Source: Horticoccus luteus (GTDB taxonomy: Bacteria > Verrucomicrobiota > Verrucomicrobiia > Opitutales > Opitutaceae). Taken from it: a stretch of DNA of 32,000 bases. Location: the NCBI RefSeq assembly GCF_019464535.1, contig NZ_CP080507.1, positions 3,930,001-3,962,000 of the forward strand. The letters are read 5' to 3'. The notes beneath the pieces were generated by a model that was not told the origin of the DNA, searched no databases, and saw only the letters and a list, made by a program, of their open reading frames with translations. Numbering within the stretch: the first letter of the stretch is position 1; each line of letters starts with the position of its first letter. This document shows, piece by piece, positions 18,801 through 26,052 of the stretch. Both the position numbers and the translations under genes were made by a program.

Positions 18801-21800
18801 CTGCGCGGCCCTATAGGCCTGCTTCAACGGGGCCGCGCTCTTGCGAGCGCGGAGTCGTCGCTGCCTAACGTTCCCGATGAGCCACGCCGCTGCTTCAACG
18901 GGGCCGCGCTCTTGCGAGCGCGGAGTCGAACCAGCTCTGGAACATGCCGAATTGGAAGTCCGTGCTTCAACGGGGCCGCGCTCTTGCGAGCGCGGAGTCC
19001 GCTAGTCTGCCAAGGATGCAAGTGCGGCAAAAACGCTTCAACGGGGCCGCGCTCTTGCGAGCGCGGAGTCGCTACCAGCCCCGACAACATCCCCCGCCAC
19101 ATCATAGCTTCAACGGGGCCGCGCTCTTGCGAGCGCGGAGTCGCGCGGATGCTGCAGCAGTCGGGCCTCCCGATGGAGGGCTTCAACGGGGCCGCGCTCT
19201 TGCGAGCGCGGAGTCTGAAAAAACGCTCTATAACGAGAACCAAATTCTGTAGCTTCAACGGGGCCGCGCTCTTGCGAGCGCGGAGTCATCCGGATGACGC
19301 CGCCAATACGATTGCCATCGCCACGCTTCAACGGGGCCGCGCTCTTGCGAGCGCGGAGTCCTATCGGCTCACGGGGGGGACGAGGCGATGAGGCAAGCTT
19401 CAACGGGGCCGCGCTCTTGCGAGCGCGGAGTCGATGGCGAGCCGCACTGGGTGGCGACGCTCAACGGAGCTTCAACGGGGCCGCGCTCTTGCGAGCGCGG
19501 AGTCCCTGCCGGCCACAACCAGAAAGCAGGACTGCCGCCATGCTTCAACGGGGCCGCGCTCTTGCGAGCGCGGAGTCCAGCCCAAGGAAGAAGAGGAAGG
19601 CGAGCCGGCAGTGAAGCTTCAACGGGGCCGCGCTCTTGCGAGCGCGGAGTCCGGGGTGAGCCCGAACGACAAGAGCCACGCGGTGCTGCTTCAACGGGGC
19701 CGCGCTCTTGCGAGCGCGGAGTCAGCATCAAGATTGATACCCAGAGTATCCTCAACGCGACGCTTCAACGGGGCCGCGCTCTTGCGAGCGCGGAGTCAAA
19801 TGCAAGATGCTCGACGAACTGCGCCGACTGGGCGTGCTTCAACGGGGCCGCGCTCTTGCGAGCGCGGAGTCGGTCGGCCTGCTCGCCTGCTGCCGCCTCG
19901 ACTACATCGCTTCAACGGGGCCGCGCTCTTGCGAGCGCGGAGTCGGACGACGCATACCTTCAATCCGTGGATCGGATGCACGCTTCAACGGGGCCGCGCT
20001 CTTGCGAGCGCGGAGTCGTAAAAGTATTCGCCTTTGCATCTATGCCCCATGCGGCTTCAACGGGGCCGCGCTCTTGCGAGCGCGGAGTCCTGGATGCGCG
20101 CTGGCACGCGAGCCGCAACACGTGGCTGCTTCAACGGGGCCGCGCTCTTGCGAGCGCGGAGTCACCCCCTTGTCGGTAAATCCCCGATATGGCAAGCTTG
20201 CTTCAACGGGGCCGCGCTCTTGCGAGCGCGGAGTCGAACGCATCCCCATCCAACCGCCGACCGCCGACTCGCTTCAACGGGGCCGCGCTCTTGCGAGCGC
20301 GGAGTCCGCGTACGCCGTGAACACCAGCACCCCGGCAGAAGCAAGCTTCAACGGGGCCGCGCTCTTGCGAGCGCGGAGTCCATCTCGGGCAGCAGCGAGC
20401 AGCCAGCCAGAGACAAGCTTCAACGGGGCCGCGCTCTTGCGAGCGCGGAGTCCCGTGAGACCGCTCGCCGCGAAAACCGCATCCGTCTCGCTTCAACGGG
20501 GCCGCGCTCTTGCGAGCGCGGAGTCGTATTCGTGAAGTAGAGCGGGAGAAGCCCTCCCACGCTTCAACGGGGCCGCGCTCTTGCGAGCGCGGAGTCAGAA
20601 ATGAAGGTAAGACGCAAACTGCCACACTTCAGCTTCAACGGGGCCGCGCTCTTGCGAGCGCGGAGTCGTTGGCGTTGAGATAAACAAGATGGAGGAATCT
20701 GAGCTTCAACGGGGCCGCGCTCTTGCGAGCGCGGAGTCTAGATAGACGCCCTTCCAGTGTTTGTGCCACGAGATGCTTCAACGGGGCCGCGCTCTTGCGA
20801 GCGCGGAGTCGTCCTCCCAGCACGCCGATGATCGCCGCATAACAGAGGCTTCAACGGGGCCGCGCTCTTGCGAGCGCGGAGTCGAGGCCAACTGGCACCG
20901 CCTCGTCTGGGTCGCCGCGTGGCTTCAACGGGGCCGCGCTCTTGCGAGCGCGGAGTCGGAGGAGTGAGCGCCATGCCCGCCCTTGATCACATCGCTTCAA
21001 CGGGGCCGCGCTCTTGCGAGCGCGGAGTCATGAGGTCTTTGATCAGTTGTTCGAGCATGGGAGAAGCTTCAACGGGGCCGCGCTCTTGCGAGCGCGGAGT
21101 CACCACGCCCCAACTCTCTGCTCGAACTGTTCGCGCGCTTCAACGGGGCCGCGCTCTTGCGAGCGCGGAGTCGTCGGCGCGCCCTCTGTGGTGGGTGGTG
21201 ACGGGACGGAGCTTCAACGGGGCCGCGCTCTTGCGAGCGCGGAGTCGGGCGGCGAGGCCGAGGGCGCCGTTGGCGGCATCCCAGCTTCAACGGGGCCGCG
21301 CTCTTGCGAGCGCGGAGTCATACCGACTTGAATGGCGACAGACTGCGCCCGCCAGCTTCAACGGGGCCGCGCTCTTGCGAGCGCGGAGTCATTTCGTGAG
21401 CGAGTGTTTCCAAACCATCACCCGCTTGGCTTCAACGGGGCCGCGCTCTTGCGAGCGCGGAGTCGTTGCCACGCCCCGACGTTCTCCGGTTCACCCAGCA
21501 TGCTTCAACGGGGCCGCGCTCTTGCGAGCGCGGAGTCGTCACCGGGTCGAAGTCGTTTGGTGAAGTTAACGAGCTTCAACGGGGCCGCGCTCTTGCGAGC
21601 GCGGAGTCCGGCAAGAACTAACCTCAACTCGTCACCACCATGGCCGCTTCAACGGGGCCGCGCTCTTGCGAGCGCGGAGTCACCGCGACAACGGTAAGGA
21701 AGAGTGGCTAACCCCCCCGGCTTCAACGGGGCCGCGCTCTTGCGAGCGCGGAGTCTTCATCGAGCCGGGCATCATCTCCTACTGCGACCAGCTTCAACGG

Positions 21801-22331
21801 GGCCGCGCTCTTGCGAGCGCGGAGTCACCCCGAGGAGGCGTTCGTCACGAAGCCTGGCCGCGCGGCTTCAACGGGGCCGCGCTCTTGCGAGCGCGGAGTC
21901 CCGCTGCCGAGGGCGGTGACGGCGCCGATCGACATGCTTCAACGGGGCCGCGCTCTTGCGAGCGCGGAGTCGTCTGCGCGGCGGTGAGCTGCGTGGCGCG
22001 ATCGGGCGCGCTTCAACGGGGCCGCGCTCTTGCGAGCGCGGAGTCTGGATACGAACGAGGAGTTCGACGCCGTGGAAGACGCTTCAACGGGGCCGCGCTC
22101 TTGCGAGCGCGGAGTCTGCCCCCGTGGGCGAGAGGACTTCCGCTGAAAGTCGCTTCAACGGGGCCGCGCTCTTGCGAGCGCGGAGTCCAATCCTAACGGA
22201 GAATTTCCGCCGGGATTCCTGAGCTTCAACGGGGCCGCGCTCTTGCGAGCGCGGAGTCTTCTTCAGGCGTGGGCCGACGAATGCGGCATAGATATGCTTC
22301 AACGGGGCCGCGCTCTTGCGAGCGCGGAGTC
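15844..22331 (-). CRISPR. CRISPR array, 90 repeats of 36 bp and 89 spacers of 35-39 bp
   Basis: I located every repeat by hand. The plus-strand unit is GCTTCAACGGGGCCGCGCTCT(C/T)GCGAGCGCGGAGTC. On the minus strand it reads GACTCCGCGCTCGC(G/A)AGAGCGCGGCCCCGTTGAAGC, an 8-bp stem with a GNRA loop and a ...GTTGAAGC 3' end typical of type I repeats. It is co-oriented with the cas operon and the leader lies on the cas2 side. Repeats 1-25 (15844-17623) carry C and repeats 26-90 (17660-22331) carry T at plus-strand position 22. Confidence 0.98.
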
Positions 22332-22548
22332 CTCTCTTTCGTAACCTCTTCCTGACGAGAGACGGAGTTGACGCTTTGCGAGCGCCTCTCCCAAACGCCT
22401 GTCTCTTTTCTGCTGACGGGGTGCGTTGCACGCTAACTCTCTGCAAAAGAACGGGCGAGCGGTCACTGCGTTTCGCGCAGCGCCCCACCGCTCGCAGGAT
22501 GATGTCAAAGAACGCCCCTTGGCAACGCTGCCCCGCAAAATCCATCCG
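22332..22548 (-). promoter_or_regulatory. CRISPR leader (between cas2 stop and first repeat)
   Basis: This is a 217-bp non-coding stretch between cas2 and the cas2-proximal repeat. At the other array end only 7 nt separate the repeat from an ORF remnant, so no leader can lie there. I did not confidently identify promoter elements. Confidence 0.6.
22441..22495 (-). terminator. candidate intrinsic terminator downstream of cas2
   Basis: On the minus strand GCGAGCGGT (22495-22487) pairs with ACCGCTCGC (22463-22455). There is an inner stem CTGCG/CGCAG, and the hairpin is followed by CCGTTCTTTTGCAG. Confidence 0.4.
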
Positions 22549-22842
22549 TCACACGACATAACACGGCGGGTCCACCCGCACGTAACTCTGCCCCAGTGCC
22601 GTGATCACGCGCTCGCCCCGTGTTTCCGACGGTCCCAAAGCGATGAACAACACCTGATCTTTCTCCCGGTTAATGAGGCCGCGCAACCGGCTCTCAAAAT
22701 CGATTTTCTCCGCCGCCGTGAGATCGCACTCGAAGACCGAAAGCTGCAAATGCAACCCGTAATCCCGACACGCCTTGAACACCTTCCTCAACCGCTTGGG
22801 GTCGCAGATATCGTATGTCACAATGTAGTTGGTCCGGCTCAT
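22549..22842 (-). CDS. cas2: CRISPR-associated endoribonuclease Cas2
   Basis: The 97-aa product reads MSRTNYIVTYDICDPKRLRKVFKACRDYGLHLQLSVFECDL, a canonical Cas2 N-terminus. The gene is adjacent to the array. Confidence 0.9.
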   Translation of the reverse strand: MSRTNYIVTYDICDPKRLRKVFKACRDYGLHLQLSVFECDLTAAEKIDFESRLRGLINREKDQVLFIALGPSETRGERVITALGQSYVRVDPPCYVV

Positions 22843-22966
22843 AACGATGATCGCTGTCGTCCCCGTTCCTCGCCTTGAGCATCCGTTCCCGGACGGGTCG
22901 CCGCCGACCAGCGCACCACCCTCCGCCGCCCGCTCCCTTCGCCTCCGGTGCCTGTCTTCCCTATTT

Positions 22967-25081
22967 TCATCGCGTGAGAAACGGCAGGTAACGGTCGATC
23001 TCTCCTGTGAGCGTGCGCGCCAGCAACCGGAATTGCAGTTCGATCGCGCGGCGGTAACTCACTTTGTAATCGAACAGCGGGTGCGTGATCGTGTCGCTCA
23101 TGCGTTTTTCATACGCGAGGAAGAAGCGCTTTCTTCCCGCCATCGTGAGATTCACCGCCTCGCCCGCCTGCACGAAATCCGCCGGCGTGAGCATCCGGTT
23201 GTTGATCGCCGTCAGCACCGCCGAATCCGCCACCAACGGTCGAAACTCCTCCATCACATCGAGCGCCAGCGACGGGCGCCCAAACCGCGGTTGATGATAG
23301 AGGCCGATGTAAGGATCGAACCCGACGGCCAGTGCCGCCACGGTGCAGTCGCGCGCCAGCAGACTGTAGGCGAGCGAGAGCAACGCGTTGACCGGATCGC
23401 GCGGCGGACGCCGGTTGCGCGTCTTGAAATCGAAGTTGAACTCCTTCTGCGCCGGCGCGATCGCTGTCGGCTCTTCCAGCCCGGGAATCTCATCGGGATC
23501 CTCCGCGGCTTTAATCATGCCGCTGAAGTGGCGAAAATAAACGAGCGCCGCCGCCCCCTCGATGCCCAGCAGCGTGGCTTGCGCGGGCGCAACCAGCGCC
23601 GCCGAGGCCGCATGTTTCAACGCGCGCAATGCCGGCGCCGGCGCTTCGACGTGATTGCGCATGAGGAGCGTCCGCTGATTGCGGATTTTCCCATATACAA
23701 ACAAACGCGCGAGGGGCAGCGCCTGCTCCGGCTCGGCCGCGCGCGCAAACTGGCGGATGCGCGTGAACACGTTCGTCAACCCATGTCCGCGCGTCAGCCC
23801 GTAAAACCAGCCGCCGAGGGAAAAATACGAGACCGGCACCTCGTGCTCACAGAGCGTTTGAATCAGCGCCGTCGAAATCTGCGCCGGGCCGAAAATGGCG
23901 AGGTGATGCAGATCTTTCATCCGCACTTCCGACAGCGTATCCCCCTTCTCTTTCACCACGACGGTCTCGCCTTTCTTCGTGATCATCACACCGGGCGTAT
24001 TCACGTAGAGCACCTTCGTGTCGGTATCCGGCGCCATCAGCCGGCGCACCTCGCCATCGCCTGCGGATCGCGGCAAGCGCGGTTCAGGCAACGCCAGCCA
24101 AGCCGGGTCGTCGGTGGCGAATCCATCCGCTAGGAGCGCCGCCTGCGCATCGTCGCCCGGAAGCAAATCGTGCGTCAGGCCGGGCAAACCGAGTTGCGCT
24201 TCCGGCGGCGGCAATTCGTCGTCCGCGTGCTGGAGAAAATGCGTTTCATCCGGCAGGCAAACCGGAGCCAATGAGCAGCGCACGCATTTGGGCGAGTGAT
24301 CGAGCGGCGCCGGAATCGCGCCGGTCGCACACGCGCGCGCCGCGGCGATGCTGCGCCGGATCCACGCCTCGTCCTCCAACGTGAGCACGAAACGCACGCG
24401 TTGGCGCGTCTGCCGATAGAACACCACGCCCTCCTCGCAGGCGTAGCCGTTTTCGCGCAGCAGGAGGATTTGCAACCCGAGTTGCATCCGGTCGGTGTCC
24501 CACAAATCGCGCCCATCGTCGCCTTCCCGCGGCGCACCCGCTTTGTATTCGACCGGACAAACCGAAGCCGCCGAACGCGGCGAGCGCGGTCCGGCCTCAC
24601 TGGGCGCACTCGCGTCAGTTGCGCACGTCGCCGTTGCGCCGAGCGTCACTTCCACCAGATCGAGCTTGGCCACGACGCCCAACCTTTCCGAACCCAGCAT
24701 CACCGAGCGCGCGTGGATGATCTCCGCGTCGAGTGGCGGCGTTGGGGCGGCAGAATCAGCAGCCGCAGACTCCGACGGAGCGCCTTCCGCGTTGCCGCTG
24801 GTGACGGCGTCGGGCGCGCCCGGCGCGTCGGTTTCGCCGGCACGGTCCGCGGCTGAGGAGATGCTCGTGGGCTCTGCCGCCGCGGCCGTCTTTTTCGCTT
24901 TGGGCAAACCGCCCTTGCCGGCGTCAACGCGTTTGTGTTCCTCGGCGCCCCGCCGCGTATCGGCGCTATGAAGAAAAACGCCTTCGACGTGCTCGTAGTA
25001 GAACAATCGCGGACAGTAGACAAACTCGTTGAGCATGCGCGCCGGCAGCAGATCGGCGGCGGGATCGGAGTGCTGGCTCAT
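22967..25081 (-). CDS. cas1: Cas4-Cas1 fusion protein (type I-G adaptation module)
   Basis: The N-terminal Cas4 part has the first Cys in FVYCPRLFYYE, RecB-type D (KLDLVEV) and ExK (VEYK), a QLGLQ motif and the C-terminal Cys triad CVRCSLAPVC. The C-terminal Cas1 part has GLYHQPRFGRPSLALDVMEEFRPLVADSAVL. Confidence 0.9.
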   Translation of the reverse strand: MSQHSDPAADLLPARMLNEFVYCPRLFYYEHVEGVFLHSADTRRGAEEHKRVDAGKGGLPKAKKTAAAAEPTSISSAADRAGETDAPGAPDAVTSGNAEGAPSESAAADSAAPTPPLDAEIIHARSVMLGSERLGVVAKLDLVEVTLGATATCATDASAPSEAGPRSPRSAASVCPVEYKAGAPREGDDGRDLWDTDRMQLGLQILLLRENGYACEEGVVFYRQTRQRVRFVLTLEDEAWIRRSIAAARACATGAIPAPLDHSPKCVRCSLAPVCLPDETHFLQHADDELPPPEAQLGLPGLTHDLLPGDDAQAALLADGFATDDPAWLALPEPRLPRSAGDGEVRRLMAPDTDTKVLYVNTPGVMITKKGETVVVKEKGDTLSEVRMKDLHHLAIFGPAQISTALIQTLCEHEVPVSYFSLGGWFYGLTRGHGLTNVFTRIRQFARAAEPEQALPLARLFVYGKIRNQRTLLMRNHVEAPAPALRALKHAASAALVAPAQATLLGIEGAAALVYFRHFSGMIKAAEDPDEIPGLEEPTAIAPAQKEFNFDFKTRNRRPPRDPVNALLSLAYSLLARDCTVAALAVGFDPYIGLYHQPRFGRPSLALDVMEEFRPLVADSAVLTAINNRMLTPADFVQAGEAVNLTMAGRKRFFLAYEKRMSDTITHPLFDYKVSYRRAIELQFRLLARTLTGEIDRYLPFLTR

Positions 25082-25175
25082 GGCGACAGCCGGTGAACGG
25101 TCCGACGCCTGAGACGGCTGAACGCGGTTTTCAGCGGCAGGTCGGCCTGTAATTCGGGCATGGCGCGGGCGGGGC

Positions 25176-25616
25176 TCAGTTGCCGGCGGTGAGATCGATG
25201 CCCTTGAGCTTAAAGTGGGGCGCGGCCGCGAGCAGGTGACGGTCGTTGGAGTAGATCGCCTTGAAGCCGGCTTCGGCAGCGGCGCAAAGGTGGAGGCAGT
25301 CGGCAGAGCGGACGAAGAGGGTGGCGGGAAGGGTTTGGTAGGCGGTTTGGGCGCGGGTCAGCAGCGCTTCGGTGATCGGCAGAAAGCTCCACGTGCCGGC
25401 GGCGATGTCGTCGGCGAACTGCGCGCATAACTCGCGATGGATCGCCGCGGTGATGGCACCTTCGCGCAATTTGCGGTGAAAGACGGAGGCGACCTCGATG
25501 CGTGCGATCTCCGCGCTGGCGATCCGGGGGCTGCGGGTGGCGAACGCCGTTACTTCGGCGTGGCCCGGCTCCGGCAGGTAACACCGCGCGATGAAGGCGC
25601 TATCGAAGTAGATCAT
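25176..25616 (-). CDS. vapC: PIN-domain toxin VapC
   Basis: The 146-aa product has PIN acidic positions MIYFDSAF, ITEALL, SADCLHL and YSNDRHL. Its start overlaps the stop of the upstream antitoxin (ATGA). Confidence 0.85.
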   Translation of the reverse strand: MIYFDSAFIARCYLPEPGHAEVTAFATRSPRIASAEIARIEVASVFHRKLREGAITAAIHRELCAQFADDIAAGTWSFLPITEALLTRAQTAYQTLPATLFVRSADCLHLCAAAEAGFKAIYSNDRHLLAAAPHFKLKGIDLTAGN

Positions 25617-25861
25617 CGCTCGTCGCGATCCTCGGAAATGATTTGCGTGCTATCCTTGCCGCCGATGGGCCCTGCGGCGAGGAAGCGCTTGAAGCCGGGG
25701 CGGAGGCGGCGTTGGGCGAAAGTGACGCCCGTGGGTTCGGTGGCGGGAACGAGGCGGGCGATGGCCTGGCCCCGGTCGGTCACCGTGATGGGCTCGGTCG
25801 CGGCGCGGCGCACGTAATGGCCGGTGCGGGTGTGGAGTTCGCGGATGGAGACGGTTTTCAT
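25613..25861 (-). CDS. vapB: Phd/YefM-type antitoxin (VapB partner)
   Basis: Track ORF 25613..25921 (-), trimmed to the ATG at 25859-25861. The sequence MKTVSIRELHTRTGHYVRRAATEPITVTDRGQAIARLVP is a typical Phd/YefM N-terminus. The product is 82 aa. Confidence 0.75.
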   Translation of the reverse strand: MKTVSIRELHTRTGHYVRRAATEPITVTDRGQAIARLVPATEPTGVTFAQRRLRPGFKRFLAAGPIGGKDSTQIISEDRDER

Positions 25862-26052
25862 AGCGGTTGTGTCCAATGTGTCACATGGCCGGGCGCGGTC
25901 AAGGTGGCGGACGGCAGGCAACCGGGGACGTGAGTGACAATGAGGGTGGAAAGCGAAAACGGGGGAAGAGGAATGGATCTGGCATGCACGGTCTGGCGCC
26001 CGGGGGCGGATTCGAAGTTGGGCAAGCGAAATTGGGCTCGAGCAAGCAAGGT

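Noticed and set aside
15952-19034. Spacers 2 (15952-15989) and 44 (19000-19034) share CGCTAGTCT near the same edge. Spacers at 16893 and 17333 share ATCCTGCG. The spacer at 19433-19468 ends in GCTCAACGGA, which resembles the repeat start.
   Set aside because: These 8-10 nt matches are within chance expectation for about 3900 spacer pairs, and the rest of each spacer differs. I did not treat them as duplicated or primed acquisitions.
15321-22561. Dozens of track ORFs on both strands across the array (for example 15321..17132 +, 603 aa) with periodic peptides such as FNGAALSRARS, LQRGRALASAES and ASTGPRSRERGV.
   Set aside because: These are translations of the 36-bp CRISPR repeat in different frames, joined through stop-free GC-rich spacers. 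They are not genes.
22843-22966. A 124-nt gap between cas4/1 and cas2, considered as a site for a hidden small gene or RNA.
   Set aside because: No ORF with a plausible start lies in the cas frame direction, and the only hairpin (ATCCGTtcccggACGGGT) is weak and imperfect. I found nothing I can support.
22829-24133. 434-aa plus-strand ORF antisense to cas4/cas1. Similar shadow ORFs lie at 26536..27690, 28588..29400 and 29452..30396, antisense to csb2 and csx17.
   Set aside because: They are Arg-rich shadow frames opposite genes with clear Cas signatures.
25953-25964. GCGAAAACGGGG in the csb2-vapB gap matches 9 of 12 nt of the repeat end GCTTCAACGGGG. I searched the cas intergenic gaps for orphan repeat-like elements (CreTA/CreR-style mini-arrays).
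   Set aside because: Only the handle-coding end is weakly similar (5 of 8 in the last 8 nt). No repeat stem or second pseudo-repeat follows, so this is insufficient to call an RNA toxin-antitoxin or a cas-regulating RNA.
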